Assembly: GCA_050273025.1 (NCBI GenBank)
Contig: CP158636.1
Coordinates: forward strand, 8,122,001-8,186,000
From: Cenococcum geophilum
Taxonomy: Eukaryota
Length of the DNA: 64,000 bases
Direction of reading: 5' to 3'
Below, in pieces: positions 12,100-24,179 of the stretch. The stretch's first letter is position 1; each line of letters starts with the position of its first letter. The notes beneath the pieces are model-generated. The model did no database searches. It was not told the DNA's origin and saw only the letters and a list, made by a program, of their open reading frames with translations. A program made the position numbers and the translations under genes.

Positions 12100-15000
12100 T
12101 AATAACTACCCTTATACACAAAGATATAATAATATAGAAATTAACTAGAAGGAAAGAATTGCTAAATATAGCTATGGAATTAACTTGGAGGCGGCTATAG
12201 ATAACAATCTAGCGGAATATATAGAGACTAAGATGCACCTATATACACGGCACAACCTTACAGACTTTTTACTATAGATAGTGTATTAGGAAGACTTTAA
12301 AGACTTTACACTAGAGCTCTTTAAATAAGTATAATCTAAAACTAAAGTAGGAATCCGTAACTACCTAGTTAAGAGAGGAGTATACGTTGTTAAGTAAGAT
12401 AAGAGGCACACCCTTAGTAAGGTGCTAACGGACGTCGCTAATAAAGAAGAGTTTTATAAATAGATAGATAAGGAGCTTATCGCGGCCCTTATAGAGGTAA
12501 AGCTAATAATTATAATAACTTTATAAGACCGACTTAATTCGACCTTAGATAAGCTTGCCACACCTCTAGCCCTACTACTAGGTACTCTACTAACTCCACC
12601 AGCTATTCTAGCCGCTGTACTACTAGCTACTCCGGTTGCTGCACCGCCAGCTACCCTAATTGTAGCACCGCCAGCTACCCCGGTCGCTGCCCCTACTACC
12701 CCTACTACCCCCCCTAGATCTACTCCGATTGCTATATCGCCAGCTACTCTAATTACTACCCCTTCTGGTCCTTAATCCTCCAATTATAACTAAATCCACG
12801 CTCTTATTAACTAACTGCTATGGCTAAGAGAGCAGCAACTGTAGCAGCTATAGTAACCGTAGCAGCTATATATATATATACCACCTAAACTAGCTATGCC
12901 TAGCGTAGAGTAAGGACCTAAGTAAGGATCTAGATATAGTAAGGAGGTAGCTATAATTACAAAGATCTATATAGACGACTAAAAGTATAATGGAGTTAAT
13001 AACAGCTTTAACTTTAAGCTAACTATCTTTTATAATATCTGTAAGAGATCTAGCTTACCACTAAAAGGCTATATAGTGGTATTCCCTAGCATGCTAAAAG
13101 GGCTTACTTAGGACCACTACTATAACAGCAACCTTAAGTCAAGACCTTTTACTAAAGCCTATAACTATATACGACAGTTCTTTAAAGGGCTAGAATACTA
13201 CTGTAAGAACCTTACAGAGTGGAATAGTATAACCCTCTAAGAAGTTATGGACGAGAACCCTAATAAGTTAATTTATTAGAACTTCTAACTGCTTATAGAT
13301 AAACTGCTAAAGTAACGTTATGGACTATACCTAGACTTTCGTACAAACCGCATTCTTATAAATAAGTTGGTTACTGCTTACTAGGGAGTGCTAGTATACT
13401 ATATCGCTATCTCTAACCCCTTAGAAGACCTCTCTTAGTTAATTAGTAAGCTATAATCCTCTATTATTGCGTGGGAAAAAGAACACCCCCTATAGGCCTT
13501 AATGAGATCGTTTTACTAAACCTTTTTTACGGATTAACGTTACTATTAAAATGACCAAAATCGAGACTAAAACACCAATTGCTACGGTAGCAATTACCCC
13601 TATAGAACTAACGGCGGACTAAAGGCTAAGCGCTATGTCTGCAAGAAGGAGGACTGCCGTTTATAGAAATATATAAAGAAGGAGCATAATCAATCTAGAG
13701 ACGACTATAAGAGACGTTTTATTGATATTAAGGGCCGCAATAAGGGCAACTTTGATAACTACTTTAAATAATACGTCGCCGCCTGCGAAAGAGATAAAGA
13801 GGATAACTTAAACTTTAAAGCCTATATATAAGACGCTGACGACTTTAGGAGCAATGCCGGAGAACCTAATGATAGTTCTGCCTATATTACCACCTTTAGA
13901 ATACTTACTATAGAGAAAGCAACCTCTATAAGCGTAGAGCTAGCTAATAAGGCTTATATATACCTACTTACGGCTTTAGAACTTACTACGGAGTCTGCCA
14001 CGAAACCTTATATGGAGACTAACCCATTCGCCTATAATACGACCATAACTATAGCATTACGATACACCTTAACGGTCTTTATGGGAATTATAATTAATAT
14101 AAGTGCTTCGCGTAAGTCTATGGCTAGCTATAGCTAATTCTAAGCCCTATAGGCCGTAGATAAGTCTATAAGTCTTAACACGTTAACTAAGGGCTAAGTA
14201 ACTATCTAATTCGGGATTAGAGCCTCTACGTCTATCGGAACTATAGACGTTAACAGCCTTATAGGCAAGGTACAATTCTATATCGTTAAAGTAGATACTT
14301 CTTTCCTACTTTGCTTAGCAGATATAGATAGACTCTATATTAAATACGATAACCTAAAGGACGTCATTATTACTCGCACTAAAAAGGTACCAGTAGTTAG
14401 ATGATTTGGCCACCCGTTTCTTGTATAGAGCTTCTCTTTACAGTCTTATTTAGTTAAGTCCTTTAACGCGAACCCTTGCTACTTAACTAATGTAGAGCTA
14501 TAATGTCTATACCGTTAATTTGGTTACCCGTTAGTTAATAGACTGTAAAAGCTTCTTAATAAGACTGGCTATGGCCATAATACTAATAGATCTGCTATTG
14601 AAGAGCTAACTAGACTCTGCTACTACTGCTAAAAGTTTAGTAGATCTTTAAGTAGATTTCGCTTTACCTTATAAGACGACGTTAATTTTAACTATAATAT
14701 TATCGTTAACATTATATATATTAGCGGCTCCCCCCTACTATATATAGTTAACGAAGCAACTTGATTTTAAACTAGTAGATAGCTATAAGATATTAGCGCT
14801 AAGTATACTTAGGACGTTCTACGAATGTGCTAGATCAATAGCTATTTAGGACTATTAGACTTAATCACTACAGACGCTAAGAAGAACTTTATTAGTAAGG
14901 AGTTTAAGCACTACGCTGCTACTATAGAAGTAACTATAAAGTTAGTTCTAGTCAAATCACACAATTCTATTAGAATAGTAGAGCGCTACTATGGTCCGCT

Positions 15001-17314
15001 ATAACGAGCCTACCAAATCATTATATCTGAAATCCCTGAAATTAGCAAGGAGATAGCCCTATAAATGGCTTTTAAAGCTATTAATAATATAGCTGGCCTA
15101 GAAGGCCTAGTCCCTATACTCCTAGTCTTTAAAGCCTACCCCTAAATGGTTAAATCGGACGCACTATTACCTTTAGTCGCATAGCGAGCTATAGCTATTA
15201 AGAAAGCAATAGTGGAAATCCAGAAGCTTTAAGCTGAACAATAGATCGCTGACGCTCTTAATACGCGAAATGGATAACGAACTGATACTATTTACGGCCT
15301 CCTACCTAGTTCGCCTGTCTTAGTCTGGAGAGAAGGTAATACTAGCTAAAGCGGTTATTGGGACGGGCCATATATACTGCTTGCCGTTAACGGTGAAACC
15401 TATACTATGAAGCTACTAAATAGGCCTACGACCTTCCGCTCTATGGTTATAAAACCTTACCTACTAGACCTATAAGACTTAGTTAAACCACGAGAGTCTA
15501 TTAAATTAGCTGAACTAGTACCTACACTAGCTAAACCTTAATTGTTACCTAAAGCTGAATTATAGCTACCGCTAAAGCGAGGCAGAGGTCGCCCCCGCAA
15601 ATACCCATTGCTTATGGCTGTCGCAGACACGGCTGTTACGGACGCTATAATAGACATAGATGCCCTTACGGGTGATATTGTAGATATAGCTGATATCGCT
15701 ATCTACTTATAGGATAACGATACCGCAAATATAGCTGATACTACTATTTACTTATAGAACGATGGCAACACCCAGTTTAGCGCTTTACGGCAAAAGGAGG
15801 TTATAGGCCTACTTAAGAAAGGCGTCTTTAAGATTATTAAGCTATATAATATGCTAAAGGGGGTCAGACTCTTTAATTTACGGTTTATTAATAAGATTAA
15901 GAATAAGGGAACCGATAAAGCCTTTAAGAAATTATGACTTGTTGTATAGGCCTATAACGATTTAGAGAAAGAGCTAGTCCTTACTTAGTTACTAATAATT
16001 TAACGAGTTAGCTAGCGGCTGATTCTCTATATCGCTGCTACGCTACTATAGATATAACTCTACCTCTAAGATATCTTATAAGCCTACGTTTAGTCTACTA
16101 CGAACCTAAACCGCGAGTTCTATGTATGACCACTATATAAGCTAAATAAACAATTAGGAATTGATAAGGACTCCGTTTTAAAGGTTATAAAGCTACTTTA
16201 CAGAGTACCTAAAGCTGGAAACCACTAGTTTAAGACCTACCATTTATACTACGTTAATTAGCTGCAAATGGACCAGTCTACGTACAACCCTTGCTTGCTT
16301 TATAGTAATAAACCTTTTAGAATTGTCGGCTTATAGACTAATAATACGCTGTTCCTTATAGATAATACCTTTATAGAGGCTAAATAAAGCGAACTATATA
16401 AGGCTAAATTTATAGCTAAGGAGCGAGAGTAACTAACTACTAATATACCAGTTAAGTTCAATAGAGGACTTATTTAATTGGTATAAGATGAGAGTATTAC
16501 GCTAACACAAAAGCGCTAGTGTGAGAACCTTAGTGTGGTTAATACTACGCTAGTAGATAGCACTAGCTCCAGAGGAATTACGCGCGGCCTACTTATGCTA
16601 AAGGACTAGTATATCGCTTAACGCGCTAGAGGAGCCTATATTGCCTTAGTCTGTTAACTAGAGGCTTTATTTAACTTATCCTTTACTGCCTAGGTAACTA
16701 ATCCTAAAGAGGTAGATATAAAGGAGTTAAATAAGCGCCTAAGTTGGTAGATTTAGAACTTATATAGAGGTCTTAAGTTTATTAAATTAGAGGCTAAGAC
16801 CCTATAGCTCTTAGTCTTTACGGACGCTTCCTTTACTAATAATAAGGACCTCTCTTTGTAAATTGGCTATGTTATTATACTAGCTAACGCAACTAAGAAG
16901 GCTAACGTTATTTATTAGAGCTTAATTAAGTGTAAAAGAGTTACTAGAAGCGTTTTAGCTTCTAAACTCTATGGAATAGCTTATAGCTTTAATATCGCCG
17001 TCGCTATTAAGTCTATGGTAAACAAGGTCCTACAGATTAACCTCCTATTTATGCTTTGTACCGATTCTAAATCACTATATAACTGTTTTGTACGACTTAG
17101 AACCACATAAAAGAAGCGATTAATGATTAATGTAATATGCCTATAATAAGCCTACGAACGTTAGTAGATTACGAAGGTTAAATGGATTAATAGTAAAGCT
17201 AACCCTACGGACGCGATAACTAAGGGGAAGCCTTATGTCGCCCTATAGTAACTTATTAATACAAACTAGGTTAATATATAGGCTGTAGGTTAGGTAGAGC
17301 GTAAGAAGCAATAG
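12100..17314 (+). pseudogene. Copia gag-pol relic of C2; start approximate
   Basis: De-RIPed motifs: PR IDTGAS (~14095), IN H..FGHP (~14510) and VERYHGP (~14980), RT EKSRLVVQAYND/TQSPTIQRVSQR (~15925-16020) and GLQTDD (~16328), RNase H FTDASFANN, EKRLMID, NPADAMTK, ending GWVER. IN precedes RT, the Copia order. Confidence 0.88.
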
Positions 17315-19789
17315 AAGGTGGTTTTTGGGTCGTGACAGTGCTAGGGTATATCACCCGCTATATTTTATAGACCCTAAATTTAACCAGCCAATTAGGATTT
17401 TCCATCCCTGGGATAGAAAATCGCTATTGGCTTACTTACCACTAGCGCCTTGGCGGCCCTCGCGATATATTAACCTGCTACCCCTAATAATCCTTCTCCT
17501 TCTTTTCCTTAGCTTAGTGTCCTTGTAATACAGCATTCTACAAGCTTCTATTTAGAGGTATTAGTATAAGCCGTAATACTAGTTGTATAATTACGGACCT
17601 ATAAGAAGAGCGTGGAAACTATTGCGTATTAATTAGATCTTTAGCTATTGTATATATGCTATAAATAGTCTAGAAACAGACTTAGCTTTAGAGTATAAAT
17701 TAGCCTTCTTCTTAGAGTTGCTCTAGTGTCGGAATGTTAGTTATATAACGTGGTTATAAGACTATAAAGCGAGACTAGCTAATCTAACCTTAGAGCAAAC
17801 CCCTATTTCTAGATATAACAATTAACTACTAACTTTAACACCGCATACGTACCACTATAAGTGATATTTATGCATGTTAATAAAGCGAGTATACTGATAT
17901 ATACCTTTAGGAAACTTTATCCTAAGCTTATTTATATATTACTAAACTAAGCCACTACTCTACTTTATTAGTTATTATTTATTATAAGTTCTTAAACTTA
18001 TTTTATCTCTTTTTAAGAATCTTAAGCGTCTTTTATCTCTTTTTAAAAATTTTAAGCCTTTAGCCTTTTACCTTTATTAAGTACTAAAGTAGTTTATTAT
18101 TCTACTTCTCTTATATTTTATAAAGTAATAGATATTATATTTAGTAGGGTTTTAATTCCTATTAATATTCCCTATTTTATAATAGAATTATCCTCTACCT
18201 TTATTATAATATCTTTAAGGTTTATACACTCCTAATAAGCTACTTTTATTTTCTTATTATTATTAAAGGTTTTACCTATATTAAACTTATTATTTTTAAT
18301 ATCTAATCTATAAGATAGTTTATTAGTTTCTTTAAACTTTACTAATTTTAGCTCTTATAGCTAGTAGCTTACGCTATACTTAGTATTTTTATAAATTTAG
18401 TATATATTATTATAATAAAACGTAAAACTCTTAATTAAACATTTTTTTATTTCTTATAGTATATTATTATCCCTTTATATATATATATATTATCTACTAG
18501 TTTTATTTCTTTTACTGTGACGGCGCTAGAGCGCGTCACCTAGTCAGGGGTTCGCGTAAGACTTGGCATGTATATATAGACGTCGCCTCACCACCTTCTC
18601 TTGCTCCTTAGCTTAATATCTTCGTAATATAGCATTCGTTCGCTTGATCTTGCAAGCATTCATTCAAGTCTCTATCAAGACATTTGTTTAATAGTTCGAG
18701 CCGTCACATTATATTAAGCTCCCCAGTCATATGCAGGCTGCGGTATTATGTCTCAGGTCACGAAGTCCTGTGGTAGCTAAGTTGCGAGAAGCTTAGTCCC
18801 TATACCATGCAGGCACCCTCATATTTCTTTTTGTTTTTATTTCAATTCTTCCTACCTAACGGCCGCCTATACTATAGGGAAGCACGTGCCGGGCAGTAAC
18901 CTCTTTCCGACCGTACGAGCTCGTCAACCGACCAAGCAACGCGTATATCCGTCAACCGTGGTTACAAGTCGGCTAGACCACGCTAAAAGGTCGGCCTACC
19001 ATAAGCGCTAATACACAATCCCTGTACGGGGCAGCCCCAGCTCAAAATACAAAGTCGTATGGTCAACCGAGCCCAAATCGCTTATTCTACCACACAACTT
19101 ACCTCCTAATTAAAATTAATTATTATAAGTAACTAGTTATAATATATTTAGAACATATTTAGAACGTATTTAGAACGTATTTAGAATATATTTAATATAT
19201 ATTCTAATTTAAATAATTTTTTTAAGCCTATAAAATAGTATCTTAGAGTTAAATATAGCTATAAATTTAATTAAGTTTCTAATATATTTTAATCTAATTT
19301 TAGGTACTTTTTAATTTAGTTTTAAATATATATAATCTAAAGTTCTTTTATTATATTTTTAACTAAGAATTATTTAAGCTCTTTAAGTGCTAAATAAAAG
19401 TTATATTTATTATATTTATTTAAAAAGTATATATAAATAAGTTTATAATATTTAAATATAATATAAACTAGCTAAATATATATTCCTAAGCTAATAATAT
19501 TACTAATTCTTTAAATATAAAGGGTAAAAAATAAAAATTTATAAATACCCTTAAATTTTTTAAATTTTTTAAAAAGATATAAGGTCTAATATAAAGTAAG
19601 TAAATAGTATAGTTATAAGTTGGCTAAACTATATTAAAAGGTTAGCCTACTATAAGCGCTAATATATAATCCCTATATAGGGTAGCCTTAACTTAAAATA
19701 TAAAGTTATATAATTAACTAAGTCTAAATCGCTTATCCTACTATATAACTTACCTTTTAATTAAAATTAATTATTATAAATAACTAGCT

Positions 19790-20525
19790 AGAATATGTTT
19801 AGAATATGTTTAGAATATGTTTAGAATATATTTAGAATATATTTAGAATATATTTAGAACATATTTAGAACATATTTAGAATATATTTAGAATATATTTA
19901 GAACATATTTAGAATATATTTGTTACGGACGCTTTAAGTACGATGTTATGACTACTTGGAGAAGAGACGGAAGAAGCTAGTTGGTTAATTCAGGCATGGT
20001 CTAGAATAGAGCCGATAGAACTATATAACGAGGAATAGTAACTAAGGTTATATAATGTGCTATGTATTAAATAAGAGGAATAAGAGGAACTTACGTACCT
20101 TATATATAAGACGTATATTATATATAAGAAGGATTTTATAGAAGTACGGTTGTGTATTTAAGGACCCTTAGTCCCTACCTAGATAGTTCCTTCCTTATAG
20201 TAATTCTTAGAATATAATTAAAGTTAATCTATTAGGCAACTACTCCACTAGTTATTATTACGTTGTTAACTTTTATACTTACATTTCCTATACACCTAGC
20301 CTATTAACGAACCTATCGTGGTTCTTGCTATAAGGTTCCGTTACAATATTTAGAACATATTTAGAATATATTTAGAACATATTTAGAATATATTTAGAAT
20401 ATATTTAGAATATATTTACTATATATTTAGAATATATTTACTATATATTTAGAATATATTTACTATATATTTAGAATATATTTAGAACATATTTAGAATA
20501 TATTTAGAATATATTTACTATATAT
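19790..20525 (+). repeat. 11-bp minisatellite (ATATTTAGAAY)n, split by the solo LTR; shorter array at 19141-19195; (TTCTAATCTAG)n at ~20660-20745
   Basis: Tandem units are directly visible. Confidence 0.85.
19921..20345 (+). mobile_element. Solo LTR (425 bp) of a Gypsy subfamily related to A/B
   Basis: TGTTACGGAC...CCGTTACA with TSD ATATT on both sides. Its 3' third resembles the B LTR (GTTAATCTATTA..CCTAGCCTATTAA..CTATAAGG). Confidence 0.9.
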
Positions 20526-23500
20526 TCTAATTTAAAATACTTCCTTTTAGTAATAATTAAAATTAAAAAAAATTTAAGCTATAAAATAGTATATTAGAGT
20601 TAAATATAGCTATAAAAGTAAATTAAGTTCCTAATATATTTTAATCTAATTTAAAATATATTCTAATCTAGTTCTAATCTAATTCTAATCTAGTTCTAAT
20701 CTAGTTCTAATCTAATTCTAATCTAGTTCTAATCTAGTTCTAATTTAGTTTTAAATATATTCTAATATATTTTTAAATATATATAATTTAAAGTTCCTTT
20801 TATTATATTTATAATTAAGAATTATTTAAGCTCTTTAGGTACTAAATAAAAGTTATATTTATTATATTAATTTAATAAGTATAAATATATATTTTTAAGC
20901 TAATAATATTAGTTCTTTTAAATATAAACGGTAAAAATTATTATAAATACCCTTAGAATTTATAATAGTTTTTATAAAATATAAGATCTAATATAAAGAG
21001 AGTAAATAGTTTTAATATATATATATATTATTATTAAAAGTAATAAAAGCTAGTATATAATAATAAATATATAAAATATATTTATATTTATATTTAAGCC
21101 TTATTTATATATATAAAGATATATAGTTTTTAGTTATAATAAAGTAGCTTAAACTACTAAAATTATATTTAATAATAATTCTTAATATATTTTAATTATA
21201 TATAGCTAGAATAGGTTTGTAACTAGTTATAAATATATTCTAAACGTATTAGAAACATGTTTTAAATATATTAGAAAAAACTTATTATTTACCTTTATAG
21301 GATTTTATTTTAGTTTAAATAGGCTTTATAAATAGCTTAAACTATTAAAATTACTATAAAATAAGCTATAAATAGCTTATATAGCTCTTTAAGGTAATAA
21401 TTATTATATAAAAAATATTTTTATAATAGATTTAAGATAGATATATAAGAAAAGATAGGGTGGATGGTAGGGTCAGTTTGGGAGGGGAAGGGTGGGGTTT
21501 GGTGTGGCGGGCGGAGGTTTCGCCTATCGGGCCGACCTTTTAGCGTGGTCTAGCCGACCTATACGCACCCGTCAACCGAACGCGTGTGCCTACCGACCGA
21601 CCTATCGACCGAACGACGATGACGCGTCTAACGCGTATATTTGTCGACGATCGATCGACCGACCAAACCGAACGACCGTACGTCTACGGACGCTGGCACC
21701 GTACTGCTACCTAAATGGTCCTTTTTAACAGCCACTAAGCCACGTATACTGTGAGGAACAAAATCGGTTAATACTAAGACTAGTGCTATACACTAGCTGC
21801 GATGAACGACCCCGACTAATACTAAGCTATACGAGCTCTGAGGAACGAAATCAACTAGGACTACCGACGCTGGCATTACTCTGCTATTAACTACCGATTG
21901 TGCCGATATGCATACGATCTATATACTAGACAACAGTAGCGCTAATATGCCTACTACTACGACCTAACCACAATCGTGCCGTTACGCCTACGATCCACGA
22001 CTTCCGCTTACATCGTACTGCTATAACAAACAACTGCTGCCCTGCCAACAGTCGACGAGACAATAATCGTGCCTCTACGCCTACAATCACTCGACCAATT
22101 AATAGCCCGAGCTCTACGTTCAACCTACTATTATAAAACAACCGATAGACGAGCTCTATACTTAACCACTATCGTTACCGCCGCTAGTACCGTACTACTA
22201 CCCGACAGATATCTACTGCTCTGCCTGCAGCTAAACCTTAGTTCGACCACTACTGCTCCTGCCTACAGTACCACAATTAACTTCTGCTGCTACGCCCGCA
22301 GCACTACGATTAACCCTTGCTACTCTACCTACAGCATTCCAACTAACACTCGCTGCTCTGCCTGCAGCATCTCATCGACTACTACTGCCCCACCTGCAGT
22401 AAATAACTACAACTGTATGCAAGGTAGACGAGTACTGGAGAATGACGCCTAAGGGCAGGTTTTTTTCAAAGGGGGGGGTAATGTGACGGCGCTGGAGCGC
22501 GTTACCTAGTCAGGGGTTCGCGTAAGACTTGGCATGTGTATATAGACGTCGCCTTACCACCTTCTCTTGCTCCTTAGCTTAATATCTTTATAATACAGCA
22601 TTCGTTCGCTTGATCTTGCAAGCATTTGTTTAAGTCTCTGTCGAGACATTTATTCAATGGTTCGAGCCGTCACATTTACTATATAATAACTCTAACTACT
22701 TCTATAATCTTTAATAAAATAACTTTATTTTTTATAATTTATATAAGCTCCTTTTTTAAACTATTTTTCTTACTATAAACTCCGCCTAAATGTCTTCTAC
22801 TATTAAGATCCCTAGTTTAGCCTCTACTCCTTAAACCTTTAATTACTTAACCCTTATCCTTTAGGTTTCTATAGTTTCCTATTTTATTTTTTATTTTTTT
22901 TAGTACTACTTAGGTCTATTAGCTCTATACTATACTATAATTTTTAACTTTAACTTTATTATTACGTACCCTACGCCTTATATAACTATAGAACTTTATT
23001 TTAACCTTTCTTAGTTTACTCTCTTTAGTAGATCCTATTATTAATCTTAATTACTTAATTAATTAATTGTGAGGTGAGGTGAGGATGTGGATAGGGAGTC
23101 TAATGATAGAACAATAGGTGTATTGTATAGATAGAGACGAATCCTTAAGGGAAAAGGAGGAGTCTATGTGCGAGGTAGGAAGGGTTTTCCCTAGGCATAT
23201 GTAGAGCACGTGCCTCACGGGCGAGTCACCCCTAGGTTACCCTAGGGTCGCCCGTACCTTGCGGCTATATAACTATCTACTTAGGTTTTACCTAATAATG
23301 CCCCCCCCTTTAAAAAGGGTCGTCCCTAATCCTTTATATACTTAAGCCTTAATAAAACCCTATAAAAAACCTTAGTAAGGAAAAAATTTGGAGGGGAAAG
23401 AGCGTCTTAATTTTTTATATAGAGGGACGGGTGGTATATATGCGCGGCGCAAAGATGTTAAGGAACTTTGACCGGCGGTTAAAGTTATCTAATTGGTTAG

Positions 23501-23684
23501 ATTTGCCTTGCTAAGACTCCCTTGCATTTAACTAAGCCAGTAGCGATTTTATATGCCTAGTATAGAAAATCCTAATTAGTCCATTTAATAGGTAGAGCTA
23601 GTGGAGCTTAATGCCGTTGCCTAAATTTAGTAGACCAGAAATATTCTAAAGCTTACTTATATAGGTAGGTCGCTAGTACCTTGC

Positions 23685-23905
23685 GGGTAGGTTATAGGTT
23701 ATTCGCATACAGCTAGATTTGTGGATGGTAAGGCTATATGCCTATTAAATCCGCCGCTAACCCTACTTTGGCCTTACGCTATACCGGCGTAGCGCCGTAT
23801 ATACTTTATAGGTAGGTTATAGGTTATTTATATGCAGCCAGATTAGGACGGTAAGGCTATATGCCTGTTAAACCCGCCGCTAACCCATGTTTTAGCCTTA
23901 TACGT
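23685..23905. repeat. ~120-bp direct tandem duplication in the 3' UTR of F
   Basis: GGTAGGTTATAGGTTATT..GGTAAGGCTATATGCCT..CCGCCGCTAACCC occurs twice. Confidence 0.8.
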
Positions 23906-24179
23906 TGTCTGCGTAGTATATGCATAGAATAGTATATAAGTTGTTAGTATAGGTTACCACCGACGGGTTACTAGTAGGTCGTAGACCCTGGTTAAATAGA
24001 CCCCGGTTATAGATGGGCCTATTCTCTAATATATAAACAATCTGCTTAGCTAGTATAGAGTGACGGACTAGGTCTAGGAAGGGTGCTTTCTAAATTAAGG
24101 CTGTAGTTTTTATAGTAATTATTGCTTATTCTTTAATCCCTTAGGACGTCCTCTGCTCCGCTTTAATATAGGTTATATT

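Larger units (their letters stand above)
11445..17899 (+). mobile_element. Copia LTR retrotransposon C2 (GalEa-like), full length
   Basis: 173-bp LTRs 11445-11617 and 17727-17899. TSD TATAC at 11440-11444 and 17900-17904. The empty site is visible in B at ~44545. Confidence 0.95.
18965..21561. mobile_element. Non-autonomous Tc1/mariner-type TIR element with very AT-rich, repeat-filled interior
   Basis: Perfect 29-bp inverted repeat GTCGGCTAGACCACGCTAAAAGGTCGGCC near both ends. Flanked by TA at 18963-18964 and 21562-21563. Confidence 0.8.
18516..22674 (+). mobile_element. Small non-autonomous LTR element (TRIM-like), ~1.56 kb without nested inserts
   Basis: 193-bp LTRs 18516-18708 and 22482-22674 with perfect 9-bp TGTGACGGC/GCCGTCACA ends. 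TSD TTTAC. Polypurine tract AAAGGGGGGGG before the 3' LTR. No gag or pol motif recognised. Confidence 0.88.

Noticed and set aside
17325..17528. 67-aa ORF with a hydrophobic tail (env-like?)
   Set aside because: TTG start in the C2 3' UTR. The hydrophobic end comes from a CT-rich tract, and C1 and C3 have stops in this frame.
19790..20525. Possible CRISPR-like array
   Set aside because: Head-to-tail 11-mers with no unique spacers and no cas genes, in a eukaryotic TE context.
21492..22452. Track ORFs 21492-21728, 21926-22141 and 22069-22452 as small or effector genes
   Set aside because: Low-complexity translations inside the non-coding LTR element, with non-ATG starts in at least two cases and no recognisable motif; one crosses a TIR junction.
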